In this document: piece by piece, positions 11,186 through 21,437 of the stretch | How positions within the stretch are numbered: the stretch's first letter is position 1 | How the letters are laid out: each line of letters begins with the position of its first letter | Position numbers and translations under genes: made by a program | Notes under the pieces: model-generated | What the model was told of the DNA's origin: nothing | Databases searched by the model: none | What the model saw: the letters and a program-made list of their open reading frames with translations, nothing else | Assembly: GCA_963792415.1 (NCBI GenBank) | Contig: CAWBVY010000006.1 | Coordinates: forward strand, 448,001 to 512,000 | DNA: 64,000 nucleotides | Source of the DNA: Candidatus Deferrimicrobiaceae bacterium | GTDB lineage: Bacteria; Desulfobacterota; Deferrimicrobia; Deferrimicrobiales; Deferrimicrobiaceae | Direction: 5' to 3'

Positions 11186-11446
11186 ATGAAGGGAGAGACG
11201 AAGGCCGGGGCATCCGGAGTCGACGCTTCATGGAGAGGAGTGGAGCGTCGCAGGGCGACGTCCGATCCGGAGATTTCCGCCGAGTCGTTCCTGCCCGTTC
11301 CCGCCGACGGGAAGCACAGGGGGATCGAGTTCCCGGCCGTCTCGTCGACCGGATCGCAAAGACCTGCCTCGTTCACAAGGAGCCGTTCCGGTACCGGCGT
11401 AACGGCACCTGTCCACCCGTTCCTCAGAACACCATGCCGATCGTGA
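11186..11446 (+). CDS. Possible small hypothetical protein
   Basis: GAGGGG-aatc-ATG RBS; MKGETKAGASGVDASWRGVERRRATSDP...; fills the gap between the DGC and tamA. Confidence 0.3.
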   Translation: MKGETKAGASGVDASWRGVERRRATSDPEISAESFLPVPADGKHRGIEFPAVSSTGSQRPASFTRSRSGTGVTAPVHPFLRTPCRS

Positions 11447-14192
11447 AGCTCCACTCTCCGGCGGACTCCCCGGGGCGGGGATCCAGTTTCCACCCGTAAT
11501 CGACGCTGAGGGGTCCTACCGGGGTGATGTACCGGAGGCTGAGTCCGGCGGTCTCGCGCAGATCGAAGCCGTACGAGGATGGGTCCCTCAACCAGACGCT
11601 TCCGGCGTCCACGAAGGCCGCCGCCAGGAAACCGTACTGCAGGGGAACCCGCATCTCCGCGTTCAGGATCAACTGGAATTCCCCTCCGATGGGAGCACCG
11701 TCCTCCCCGATCGGGCCCAGCGTGTCCTGCTTGAATCCGCGGACCGTCGTCCGTCCGCCCGCGAAGAACCGCTTCTGGATCGGGACCTCGGAACTCATCC
11801 CGTACGGAAGGACGACACCCGCGCGCGCCGAGAGGGCGAGAGAGTTCCGTCGGACGACGGGGAGATAGAAACTGGTCTGCCCCGTCAGCGACCAGTAGTC
11901 CACCTGCGAACCGAGCAACTCGCTTGCCAGTTCCCCCACCCCGGAAGCGTACATGCCTCTCTTCGGGTTGAACGGATCGTCACGGAAGTCCAGGACCACG
12001 AGCCCCCGCACGTTTGCGATGTTCGCCCTCCCCTGGTCCTCCGGCGAGATGACCGCGCCTGGCTCGACATCGAACGTTTCATTGACCGAGAACTCGTACT
12101 GAAACGAGACCGTGGACCGTTCCAGGATCTTCTGGTCGATCCCGGCGATGAGGGCCGTCTTCCTGAGCGTGAAGCTTGGATTTTCCTTGTACAGGTGGGA
12201 GGCGATCAACACTCCCTCCCACTTCCACCGGTTTCCCAGGATGTACGGCTCGCGCATCTCGAGCTGGTAATTCTCCTGTTTCTGGCCGACCAGGACGAAC
12301 CCCGAGAGGCTCCGGCCGAGGCCGTCGAGGCTCCTGTCCTTTGCGTAGACCGACCCCCGAACCCCGGTATCGGTGGCGTACCCGCCCCCGAACTCCAGAT
12401 CCAGGAACATCGTCTCCTCGACTTCCACGACGAGGTCCAGCACCCCTTCGGCAGGCCGCTTGATGCGCTGGAGCCGCACGCTCTTGTACAACCCCGTCCT
12501 GTACACGGACTGCTGAAACTTGAGGAGAGCCTCTTCATCGGCGTAGCGACCGGAGGGGATCGGGTTCTCCCGCAGCACCGCCATGGGATCGGTCAGGAGG
12601 TTCCCCTCTACGATGACGGACCCGAGCCGGTACCTCGTTCCCTCGACGAATGTGAACCTCGCGACGACGGTGTCCTTTCCTTCGTCGAAGTCGAGCGTGC
12701 CCTCGACCGTCGCATCCAGGAACCCCGAATTCCTGTATTTCGCCGCGATCGCCTCCTGGTCGAGCTCCAACCCGATGTAGTCGACGAACCTCCCTTCCTT
12801 GTTCCGCATCAACGCAAGGAATTCCGACCGCAGGAAGTGGTCGTTCCCGAGAAACAGGATCTCCCGGAGGCGATACCTCGTCCCCTCCTCGATCCGGACG
12901 ACCTTTGTGATGCCTCCGATGGCGTCCCAATCGTCGTCCACGCCGGCGATCTTCATCCGGACGTACCCCTCCTTCTGGTAGTAGCCGACGATGGCGTTCA
13001 GGTCCTGGCTCCATTCCTCCTCGCTGTACTTCCCGGACCCCGTGAGCCAGTGGAACGTCCCCCGTTCCCGGGTGCTCATTTGCCGCAGAAGCGTATCCGC
13101 GGGAACCCCGCGGTTCCCCTCGAACCGGATCCCCTTGATGAATCCGGCCTGCCCCTCCTCGACCTTCACGGTCAACGGCACCTTCCCGTCGGTCTCCTCC
13201 CCGACCGCCACGTCCGCCTTTGCCCGCAGGTACTTCTCCTGCCGGTAAAAGGACAGGATCCGCTCCCGCAGGTCGTAGATCAGGGCCCCCTCCGTGACCT
13301 CCTCGGCCCCGTAGAGGCCGGATACCTTCGCGAGTTTTTCCGGAGAGAACTCGCGGACCCCTTCCCAACGGACGTCGTATCTCCGCCCCTCCACCACCTC
13401 GGCGCGCGGGCAGAGACCGCTCCCGTCCCCGCAAAGGGGCACGGACCCCTCTACACGGACGGTCAGGAACCCCGATTTCTTGTACTCCAGCCGAAGGCGG
13501 GTGAGGCCCTCCTCCCAACGCTGAAAATCGAACGGTTGCCCGGCCTCCACACCGAGGACCCCGGCTAGCCGTTCCGCGGGAAAGAAGGACGCGCCGGGGA
13601 TGGCGAAGTTCTCAACCAGCCCGGGCTTCCCTTCCTCCACGGTGATCCGGACCTTCCCCGCTCCGTTCACGACACTGCACGAAACCTGGATCGTGCACGT
13701 ACCCGTCGTGAACCCTTTCCCTGCCAGAAAAGACCGGACCCCCGTCTCCGCCTCCGCCAGGTCCCTTTCCTCGAGCAGCCCGCCCCGCTTGATCCGGGAT
13801 GCCGAGATGATCTGGGCCGCGGTCAGCGCCTTCTGCCCCGACACCTCGATCTCGGCCACCAGCGGGGTCGGGCGCAGGAAGAACAGCAGGTTGACCTCTC
13901 CCCCGTCCTCCCGGACGTACGCCGTGACTTCGCGAAACACCGACCGGGTGTACAGGCGGCGGATGGATTCCCTGACCTTCTCCCCGGTGAGTCGATCCCC
14001 GGGCCGCAGGGTGACGAGGCTGTAACACTCCTCGTACGTAACCTGGTAGGGGGAGGGGACCTGGAAGGAGATGGACGCGATGACCGGTCCTGAGCCGGGG
14101 GGCGAACGGACCTCCTCTCCCTCCGAGAGGACGGGGAGGAACGCCAACCACCCCGCGAAGATCAGCGGGGCGAGCCGGCTATTCCTTGCCAT
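11424..14192 (-). CDS. Omp85-family outer membrane assembly protein (BamA/TamA type, multiple POTRA domains)
   Basis: Signal peptide, repeated POTRA motifs (I.F.GN, V.EG), FFAGGRTTVRGF, TPVGPL, terminal Phe; downstream of tamB. Confidence 0.92.
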   Translation of the reverse strand: MARNSRLAPLIFAGWLAFLPVLSEGEEVRSPPGSGPVIASISFQVPSPYQVTYEECYSLVTLRPGDRLTGEKVRESIRRLYTRSVFREVTAYVREDGGEVNLLFFLRPTPLVAEIEVSGQKALTAAQIISASRIKRGGLLEERDLAEAETGVRSFLAGKGFTTGTCTIQVSCSVVNGAGKVRITVEEGKPGLVENFAIPGASFFPAERLAGVLGVEAGQPFDFQRWEEGLTRLRLEYKKSGFLTVRVEGSVPLCGDGSGLCPRAEVVEGRRYDVRWEGVREFSPEKLAKVSGLYGAEEVTEGALIYDLRERILSFYRQEKYLRAKADVAVGEETDGKVPLTVKVEEGQAGFIKGIRFEGNRGVPADTLLRQMSTRERGTFHWLTGSGKYSEEEWSQDLNAIVGYYQKEGYVRMKIAGVDDDWDAIGGITKVVRIEEGTRYRLREILFLGNDHFLRSEFLALMRNKEGRFVDYIGLELDQEAIAAKYRNSGFLDATVEGTLDFDEGKDTVVARFTFVEGTRYRLGSVIVEGNLLTDPMAVLRENPIPSGRYADEEALLKFQQSVYRTGLYKSVRLQRIKRPAEGVLDLVVEVEETMFLDLEFGGGYATDTGVRGSVYAKDRSLDGLGRSLSGFVLVGQKQENYQLEMREPYILGNRWKWEGVLIASHLYKENPSFTLRKTALIAGIDQKILERSTVSFQYEFSVNETFDVEPGAVISPEDQGRANIANVRGLVVLDFRDDPFNPKRGMYASGVGELASELLGSQVDYWSLTGQTSFYLPVVRRNSLALSARAGVVLPYGMSSEVPIQKRFFAGGRTTVRGFKQDTLGPIGEDGAPIGGEFQLILNAEMRVPLQYGFLAAAFVDAGSVWLRDPSSYGFDLRETAGLSLRYITPVGPLSVDYGWKLDPRPGESAGEWSFTIGMVF

Positions 14193-17100
14193 CCAGCAGA
14201 TCCTTGAGCGATCGATACCGGTAGCGGACTTTCAGGTCGCCACCGATTTGCCCTTGATAATAGGCCGCGCTGCTTTCCCAGGTCCCTTGCAGGTACACGT
14301 CCTCCCAAAGCTTCAACTCCCCCGAAGCGGATGTGTAGGCGGAGGTTCCGACGCTTTGGGACGCGGAGATGGACACCCGGTCCCCGAACGACTTCCCCAC
14401 AACGAACCTCGGCTCCACGGACTGGGTGGTCTGGGAAAAGCCGGTCTCGATGGCGAACTTGTCCAGTCCCACCGTGCTGCGGATCTTCTCGTCCACACCC
14501 ACGGCGCTCCCGATGGCGATTGCCGACGATCCGCCCAACCCGGAAGACGGCCCGGTGCCCGTGCCGGAAGACGCGGTGCTCTTCGTCGTAACGCCGAACG
14601 CCAGGAGGCTCACGATGTCGGTCCGGCCCAACGGCGGGTCGGACGTGAAGTCCACCTCCGGCTTCTCCATGGTCCCGGTGACCAGGACGGCGATGTTGTA
14701 GCCCCCCTTCTTCGTCTCTCCCCGCGCGTCCAGGCGGGGGTTGATCCTCCGCGGGTCCTGGAAGTCCACGGTGGCCCGCTTCAATTCGTACCGGCTTCCG
14801 TATAACTCGACGTACCCTTCGTAGACATCGAAGGTCCCGAGGACGATCACCTTGCGGGTGTCCCCCCCGACCTTGAACTCCCCGCCGGCCTTGATGTCCG
14901 CCAGGTTGTTCTTGATCCGGATCGTTCGATCCGCGACGACGTTGATGTCCAGTCGGACGCGGAATTCGGATTTCTCCCTCCGCGCCACGACGTCCGAGAG
15001 TTTCCGGCTGAAGTCGACGAGCGCTTTTTCGGGGTACATGACCCGGGTGTAGCGCGCGGACTGCACCTCGACATCCCCCGTCACCAGGAGGTCTTCCACG
15101 GGTCCGATCAACTCCACGTGCCCCTGGACGACGGGACGAAAATCCTCCGGGTAAGGATATCGCATATCCAGGAAGTCGACCGAGAAGTAAAGGCGCTGCC
15201 CCGCGTCCATCTGGAGCGGGACCTCTCCCCATCCGTCGATGTAGCCGCCCCCGCTCTTCGCCTCGAAATGTTCGAAAACGATCTTTTCGTGGGTGATGAC
15301 CGCGTCCGCCCGCATCCCCTCGAAGAGCTGGTTGTATCCGAGGAACGACAGGGTGCCTCCTTCCAGATGGCCGGTCCCCACGAGCGAGGGGGCTTCCAGA
15401 CTCCCGGTGACCCGGGCTTCAAGGGTCACCGTACCGTCGAGGCGGTCGAACACGGAGGGAACGGCAAGCCGGACCGCCGACGCCGGCAGCTTCCCGTCCA
15501 CGCGGACATCCAGGTCTCCCCCCCAGGAGACCCTCCCGGAGATCCGGAGGGGATTTCCCGCGGCGAGGATCGTCCCGCCGGTCCACCGGACCCCCTTCGG
15601 ATCCATCCGGGCGGAAAGGTCCTTCCCCGAGAGATCGAACCCTCCTTCCCGATAGTTGAGCGATTCGACGAGAACGGTCCCCGAGGTCTTCTCCACCGCG
15701 CGGAGGGCTCCCTCGATCTGCGCGCGCCCCCGCAGAGAGAAGCTACGGCTCCCGTTTTTCGCCGTCCCGTCTCCGGGGTCACCAAGGCGGAACGGCCCCT
15801 CGAGGCGGAAGCCGAACGGCTCCCGCAGGGAGATCGACCATGCGAGCCGGGAGTCGGGGACGCGTGTCAGGAGTTCTCCCTCGAAAATATCCCCGCGTTT
15901 CGTTCCTGAGGCACGGAACTCCCCGAAGCGCACATCGCCGAAGGAAAGATTCGTCGCCCACACCGAGCCGTGCAGCGCGGGGAAAACCTCCGGGGAAAGA
16001 GGGCCGTCTCCCACGATGTCCGCGAGACGGATCACTCCACCGGCCTCGGCGCTCCACGCGCCGCCGGAAGAGACCCCGGGACGCCCCCCGGCGACGAGGA
16101 GAAGCGAGGTGGGAACCTCAGAGGCAATCAACGCCACCTTCGTCGGCCACCCTTCGGAGCGGCTCACCTCTCCGTCGATTCGCACCGGGGGCGACGCGGC
16201 GCGGACGGTGAACGTCCCGTCGGCCGCTCCGAGGCGACCTTCCACGCGCAGATCCGAGAGCCGCGCCGCACCCACCGAGAGCTCCTCCGTCCCGGCTGTG
16301 AACCGCGGCACTTCCCACCCCATCGGACCGTGGCGGGCCGCAAACGCGGCGTCGACACTCCCTTTCACTCCCCCGGGGTTGTCACGGTGGAGCAAGGAGA
16401 ACGCCTGGGCGATCTCGATCCCCTCCACTTTTCCCTCGATCCCGGTCCCGTTTCCGCCGTCGCCGCTCCCCGCGACATGGAACGTGCCGTCGCCGAATTT
16501 CCCCTCCGCGCGGACCGCCCAGCGGTCCGAGGATCGCGGGTTCCCGAACTCCCCCTCCGCCCGCAAGGCCCGCAGCGGGACCCCCCGGACGTCGACGCGC
16601 GCGGCATCGAACCGTCCCGTCGCCTCGATTTTTCCCGCGGCGACGCGGATCTTTCCGTCCACTTCCGCTTTTCCCTCGATGCCGGCGAGATAGCGGGTCG
16701 CCCCGCCGGCGTCGGCTCCCAGAGACGCCGCGACCGCGGAAACCCAACGGATGGACTCGGACAAATCGATCTCCCGAACCGCGGCCGTCCATTCCGAAGC
16801 GGTCCGCGAAGGATCGAAGGGAGAGGTCCACGTCCCATCGACCATGGCCTTGAAGCGTTGCGCGGGGACGCTGGCCGATACATGGAGGGCCTCGGACGGC
16901 ACGCCGTCGATCTTCAGCACCAACGGAAGGGGGGGGAGCGCTCGAATCGCGAGCGCAGTCACGGAAAGGGAAGCTTTCCCGCGCAGGCGGGACCAGGGGC
17001 CCGAGATTTCCCACTCCCCTGCGACTTTTTCCCAAGCGAGTTGTTCGCCGACGCCGAAGTCGGCAGCCTTCCCGCCGGGGAGGGAAAGAGAACCGCGCAG

Positions 17101-18480
17101 ACGGAGCGTCTCCCCGGCGATCGACCCCTCTCCGTCCCCGCGCGATTCCGCTTTCCCCGCCAGCAGCCGGAACGAATCGACCACCACTTCCCGCCCGTGG
17201 GAAATGGACCCGCCCGCCTCCAGCGACATCGGGAACCGCAGCGCGGGACCGCTCCCCCCCGGCGAGGAAATCCGTTCGATGCCTCCGGGAAGCGCAAGCG
17301 ACACGGATACCTCGAGGCGATCCACCGTTCCCGCGAGCCGGACGGAAGCGTCCCCGGTCCCGGCAAGCGAGACCGGAGCGCCGAGGGCCTTCCAGGGGAC
17401 CGCGGCAAGGGAAACCCGCCGAAGGGACGCCTTCCCCTCCATATGCCCGGACTCGGTGTGAAACAGCCCGTCGGCCTCCAGCGCCCCCCCCCACAGTTTC
17501 GCGCGCGCCCGGGGGAGTCGAAGGACATGGCCGCGGAGGGAGAGCTGCACCTCCCCTTCCGCCCCGGCGGTGCCGGGAAACCCCGCGTTACGGAAGACGA
17601 GACGGGCCGTCCCTTCCGGATCGCTCCACGGGCCGTCGAAGGTGGCGGAGAACTCCATCTTCCCTTGCCGTACGACGGGCCGCACGTACGAAACTCCCGG
17701 AGCGCCGGCCGCGATCCAGCCAGCGATATCGAGTTCCCCCGATGCCTTCGCGGACACGATCCGCTTCCGCGTGTCGAGCGACCCGGAAAGTCGTACCGCC
17801 ATGGAGTCCCGTGCCGCCCTGAACTTCCGGACGCGCAGAACCCCCTCCTTGTAGAAAAGGTCCGCCTCGACCGACGGAAACGGCCAGACACCGCCCGCGT
17901 CCCCCGGCAGCGCCACGTCGCCCTCCGACCGATCGAGGGACGCGGTGACATGCGTCCCTCGAAAACGTCCTTCGCGAACCCGGATTTCCCGCACGACGGC
18001 CTGGAACCGGCGAAGCGGGGCCGGAAGGGTAAGGAGGATCGAGCCGTCCAGGAGAAGAATCTCGGGAAGGGAGGAGGACGTCCCTTCCCTCTGCGTCGAC
18101 GTCCACCGATCGTAGAGCGCACGATTTTGTTCGCCCGCTTCCAGGCGGAAATCCCGGACCCGGATCCTGGACACGGGAAGGTCCCCGGCGAAAAAACGGG
18201 TCGGGGAAAGGGAGACGTCGACCGAACGGGCGCTCCCGAGGGGGAGATCCGCGACCGCGTCGCGTACCACCACATTGTCGATGGAGACGTGAAGATGCAG
18301 CAGGTGGAGTTTCAACCCGTCGTATCGGACCGCAAGGCCTTCGCGGGCGGCCGCGTCGACCAACGATTCCCCTGCCCGGCGAACCCTCTCCGGGATCTCG
18401 AGCGACAAGCGCCACCCGGCGACCGAAAAGAGGAGGAGAAGCAGGCCACCCCCGAGCCAACGCACCCATCGCTTTGACAT
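14179..18480 (-). CDS. tamB: Translocation and assembly module protein TamB
   Basis: N-terminal anchor, 1433-aa beta-taco-like body, DUF490-like end (INPRLDARGE...FTSDPPLGRTDIVSLLAFG). Confidence 0.85.
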   Translation of the reverse strand: MSKRWVRWLGGGLLLLLFSVAGWRLSLEIPERVRRAGESLVDAAAREGLAVRYDGLKLHLLHLHVSIDNVVVRDAVADLPLGSARSVDVSLSPTRFFAGDLPVSRIRVRDFRLEAGEQNRALYDRWTSTQREGTSSSLPEILLLDGSILLTLPAPLRRFQAVVREIRVREGRFRGTHVTASLDRSEGDVALPGDAGGVWPFPSVEADLFYKEGVLRVRKFRAARDSMAVRLSGSLDTRKRIVSAKASGELDIAGWIAAGAPGVSYVRPVVRQGKMEFSATFDGPWSDPEGTARLVFRNAGFPGTAGAEGEVQLSLRGHVLRLPRARAKLWGGALEADGLFHTESGHMEGKASLRRVSLAAVPWKALGAPVSLAGTGDASVRLAGTVDRLEVSVSLALPGGIERISSPGGSGPALRFPMSLEAGGSISHGREVVVDSFRLLAGKAESRGDGEGSIAGETLRLRGSLSLPGGKAADFGVGEQLAWEKVAGEWEISGPWSRLRGKASLSVTALAIRALPPLPLVLKIDGVPSEALHVSASVPAQRFKAMVDGTWTSPFDPSRTASEWTAAVREIDLSESIRWVSAVAASLGADAGGATRYLAGIEGKAEVDGKIRVAAGKIEATGRFDAARVDVRGVPLRALRAEGEFGNPRSSDRWAVRAEGKFGDGTFHVAGSGDGGNGTGIEGKVEGIEIAQAFSLLHRDNPGGVKGSVDAAFAARHGPMGWEVPRFTAGTEELSVGAARLSDLRVEGRLGAADGTFTVRAASPPVRIDGEVSRSEGWPTKVALIASEVPTSLLLVAGGRPGVSSGGAWSAEAGGVIRLADIVGDGPLSPEVFPALHGSVWATNLSFGDVRFGEFRASGTKRGDIFEGELLTRVPDSRLAWSISLREPFGFRLEGPFRLGDPGDGTAKNGSRSFSLRGRAQIEGALRAVEKTSGTVLVESLNYREGGFDLSGKDLSARMDPKGVRWTGGTILAAGNPLRISGRVSWGGDLDVRVDGKLPASAVRLAVPSVFDRLDGTVTLEARVTGSLEAPSLVGTGHLEGGTLSFLGYNQLFEGMRADAVITHEKIVFEHFEAKSGGGYIDGWGEVPLQMDAGQRLYFSVDFLDMRYPYPEDFRPVVQGHVELIGPVEDLLVTGDVEVQSARYTRVMYPEKALVDFSRKLSDVVARREKSEFRVRLDINVVADRTIRIKNNLADIKAGGEFKVGGDTRKVIVLGTFDVYEGYVELYGSRYELKRATVDFQDPRRINPRLDARGETKKGGYNIAVLVTGTMEKPEVDFTSDPPLGRTDIVSLLAFGVTTKSTASSGTGTGPSSGLGGSSAIAIGSAVGVDEKIRSTVGLDKFAIETGFSQTTQSVEPRFVVGKSFGDRVSISASQSVGTSAYTSASGELKLWEDVYLQGTWESSAAYYQGQIGGDLKVRYRYRSLKDLLDGKE

Positions 18481-18564
18481 CCATTGATTATAGAGGAAAC
18501 GCCGGGGAGCATAAAGCGAACGGCCTCATTGTCGGGAACGAAACGTCGGTGTTGTCGGGAGGCT

Positions 18565-18625
18565 GCCCTTCTTCGCTAAAGCTTCGAAGGGCTGCCCTCC
18601 GTAGCCCCGAAGGGGCGAAGGAGGG
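18565..18625. repeat. Two inverted bulged-hairpin (REP-like) units at the tRNA-Gly 3' end
   Basis: GCCCTTC-TTC-GCTAAAGC-TTC-GAAGGGC (18565-18592) and CCCTCC-GTA-GCCCCGAAGGGGC-GAA-GGAGGG (18595-18625). Confidence 0.75.
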
Positions 18626-18700
18626 TGGAGCGGGCGACCGGATTCGAACCGGCGACGTCAAGCTTGGGAAGCTTGCATTCTACCCCTGAATTACGCCCGC
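18626..18700 (-). tRNA. tRNA-Gly(CCC)
   Basis: Reverse complement GCGGGCG...CAAGC-TT-CCC-AA-GCTTG...GCCGG-TTCGAAT-CCGGT-CGCCCGC-T-CCA. Confidence 0.97.
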
Positions 18701-18755
18701 ACGACTGATATTCCTACCACAAGCGCGTGTCGGTTTGCAACCGGCCTGCAACCGT

Positions 18756-20090
18756 TCAGGACTGCAGGCGGGTCTCGACGTCGCGGTACCCCGGGCTCTT
18801 TTCCTGGATCTCCCGGAAGACCTCTTGCGCCTCGTCCCGACGTCCCGCGTTCTCCAGGAGCACCGCCTTGTGGTATCGAACGTCGTTCATCTCCTTCCCT
18901 GCGGTGGATGCGGCGAGAATCGCTTCGAGCGCGGCGAGCGCCCCGTCGTAGTCGGAGCGGTCGGCCAGCGTGTCCGCAAGGAGCGACCCGGCAGCCACGA
19001 AAAGCTCCGGCTTGCGCATCGCCAGCGAAAACTCCCTCACCGCCTCGTCGAGCAGCCCCATCTCCTTATAGGCGATCCCGAGGTTGTACCGGGCCTCGAG
19101 GTCCGTGTCCCCGATCTCTTCATCGACCTTCGCCTGCAGCCGGCCGAGAGCGCTCCGGACGATGCCCTCCTCCTGCTCGTACCCGCCATCGGGGGTCCTC
19201 GTCGAGGGTGGCGGCTCCTCCGCGGGTGCGGACGGCGGAGGTCCGGGATGCGCCGGGGTCGGTGGCGGTTCCACCCGAAGCCGCTCCGCCTCGGCGCGCT
19301 TCCCGGCCGCTTCCGCGAAGGAGTACACCCCGGCGGTCGCGACATCCCACCCGCCGCGGATGGCGTCGAGAACCTCACGTACGGCCGCCTCCCGCCCGGG
19401 ATCGCCGCTGGCGGACGCGGCTTCGGCGACCCGGTCGAGGATCAGGAACCCCTCCTCCGGCTTCCCGATCGCAAGCCACAGGAAGCCACACGGTTCGAGA
19501 ACGGCCAGGTCGTTGCCGGCATGGCTCACGATGGAGCGCAAACGCTCGGAGAAATCCGCGTACATCCCGGTCGATGCCGTCTGCGGGACCGCCTTTTCCA
19601 GTTCGTTCACTGCCTCGTGCAGTTTCTTCTGGCTCCGGAGGATGTCGCAAATGTACAGGTGCGGCAGGGGGCTCTTTTTCAGGAACTCCACCGTCTGCCG
19701 GAAAAAGTCGAGCCGCTGCTCATCGGAGGTGAACCTCGTCGGATCGGATGCCACCTTCCGGAGTTCCGCCTGGGCATCCGAGGAGAGCCCTTCGTGCGCC
19801 AGAAGCCGGATCATCCACTTCTGGAAGTCGTTGTTCCCGGGGTCGTGCTTCTGCATCTGGCGCAGAACCGCGATCGCCTTGCTCGAAAACCCATCCTTCT
19901 CGTAAAGGACGGCGGTGCGGGCGAGTTGGTCCAACCCCTCTACGACCTCCCCCTGTTGCATCAGGAAGAGTCCGAGCTTCTGGCGGACCTGCGGGTCGTT
20001 CGGTGACGCCTGGACCCTCCGGGAGAGTGAAACCCGGTCCTCCTGCTCCTGCGACGTGAACAATTTCTTGAAGGAATCGAGGAATCCCAT
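18756..20090 (-). CDS. TPR protein, SgmX-like
   Basis: N-terminal TPRs, Pro-rich linker, C-terminal DLEARYNLGIAYKEMGLLDEAVREF...YRDV; directly downstream of accC, the sgmX position in Myxococcus. Confidence 0.75.
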   Translation of the reverse strand: MGFLDSFKKLFTSQEQEDRVSLSRRVQASPNDPQVRQKLGLFLMQQGEVVEGLDQLARTAVLYEKDGFSSKAIAVLRQMQKHDPGNNDFQKWMIRLLAHEGLSSDAQAELRKVASDPTRFTSDEQRLDFFRQTVEFLKKSPLPHLYICDILRSQKKLHEAVNELEKAVPQTASTGMYADFSERLRSIVSHAGNDLAVLEPCGFLWLAIGKPEEGFLILDRVAEAASASGDPGREAAVREVLDAIRGGWDVATAGVYSFAEAAGKRAEAERLRVEPPPTPAHPGPPPSAPAEEPPPSTRTPDGGYEQEEGIVRSALGRLQAKVDEEIGDTDLEARYNLGIAYKEMGLLDEAVREFSLAMRKPELFVAAGSLLADTLADRSDYDGALAALEAILAASTAGKEMNDVRYHKAVLLENAGRRDEAQEVFREIQEKSPGYRDVETRLQS

Positions 20091-20092
20091 CT

Positions 20093-21430
20093 TCAGGGCC
20101 TGATTTTTTCGAGGAAGTTCGTCGAGAGTCTCGCCTCGACGAAGTCGGAGTTGACCATCATCTTCTTGTGGAACGCCACCGTCGTGCGCACGCCTTCGAT
20201 CCGGATCTCGTCGAGCGCCCTCCGCATTCGCATGATCGCCTCATTTCGGTCGTCCCCGTGCACGATCAGTTTTCCGAGCAGGGAGTCGTACGTGGACGGG
20301 ACGACGTAGCCTGGGTAGATCGCCGTGTCGACGCGGACACCGAACCCCCCCGGGAAAATGCAGGTATGAATCGGACCGGGGAAAGGAAGAAAGGTCTCCG
20401 AGTCCTCCGCGTTGATGCGGACCTCGATCGCGTGGCCGCGCATCGGAACGTCCTTCTGGGCGTAGCGCAACTTCTTTCCGTCCGCGATCCGGATCTGCTC
20501 GCGCACGATGTCGATGCCGGTCACCATCTCCGTCACCGTGTGCTCGACCTGGATCCGCGTGTTCATCTCGAGGAAATGGAAATCGCCGTCGGGAACGTAG
20601 AGGAACTCGACGGTCCCGACGCTATCGTAATTCACGCCGATGGCCGCGTCGACCGCCGCCTTCCACATCCGGTTCCGGACGCGCGCTGGAAGGGCTGGAG
20701 CGGGCGATTCCTCGATCAACTTCTGGTGGCGCCGCTGTATGGAGCAGTCGCGATCCCCAAGGTGAATCACATTCTTGTGGCGGTCCCCCATCACCTGGAC
20801 CTCGACGTGGCGCGCGTTGTCGAAATACTTCTCGATGTAGACGTCGGGAACCCCGAAGGACGACAACGCCTCCGACTGGGCCGTGAGGAACGCGTTGATG
20901 AAGGACGCCGGGCTGTGGACGATCTTCATTCCCCTGCCACCGCCGCCTGCCGCCGCCTTGACGATCACGGGGAAGCCGATCTCCTTGGCGATCCGAAGCC
21001 CCTCTTCCTCCTCGGTGACCGCCCCGTCGCTTCCCGGTACGACCGGCACCTTGACCTTCTGCACCGCGCGCCGCGCCTCGATCTTGTCCCCCATCAGGCG
21101 GATCGCCTCGGAGGAGGGGCCGATGAACCGGACGCCGTAATTGGCGCAGATCTCGGCGAAAGCGGCGTTCTCGGCGAGGAAGCCGTAGCCGGGATGGACT
21201 GCGTCCGCGTCGGTGATCTCGATCGCGGAGAGGATCGCCGGGACGTTCAGGTAGCTGTCGGCGCCCGGCGGCGGGCCAATGCAGACGGCCTGGTCCGCCA
21301 TCCGGACGTGCATCGCGTCCCTGTCCGCGGTCGAATAGACGGCGACCGTCTTGATCCCCATCTCCCGGCAGGTCCGGATGATCCGGACGGCGATCTCGCC
21401 CCGGTTCGCGATCAGCACCTTGTGGATCAT
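20093..21430 (-). CDS. accC: Acetyl-CoA carboxylase biotin carboxylase
   Basis: KVLIANRGEIA, HPGYGFLAEN, GGGGRGM, EMNTRIQVEH. Confidence 0.97.
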   Translation of the reverse strand: MIHKVLIANRGEIAVRIIRTCREMGIKTVAVYSTADRDAMHVRMADQAVCIGPPPGADSYLNVPAILSAIEITDADAVHPGYGFLAENAAFAEICANYGVRFIGPSSEAIRLMGDKIEARRAVQKVKVPVVPGSDGAVTEEEEGLRIAKEIGFPVIVKAAAGGGGRGMKIVHSPASFINAFLTAQSEALSSFGVPDVYIEKYFDNARHVEVQVMGDRHKNVIHLGDRDCSIQRRHQKLIEESPAPALPARVRNRMWKAAVDAAIGVNYDSVGTVEFLYVPDGDFHFLEMNTRIQVEHTVTEMVTGIDIVREQIRIADGKKLRYAQKDVPMRGHAIEVRINAEDSETFLPFPGPIHTCIFPGGFGVRVDTAIYPGYVVPSTYDSLLGKLIVHGDDRNEAIMRMRRALDEIRIEGVRTTVAFHKKMMVNSDFVEARLSTNFLEKIRP

Positions 21431-21437
21431 GCCGGTA

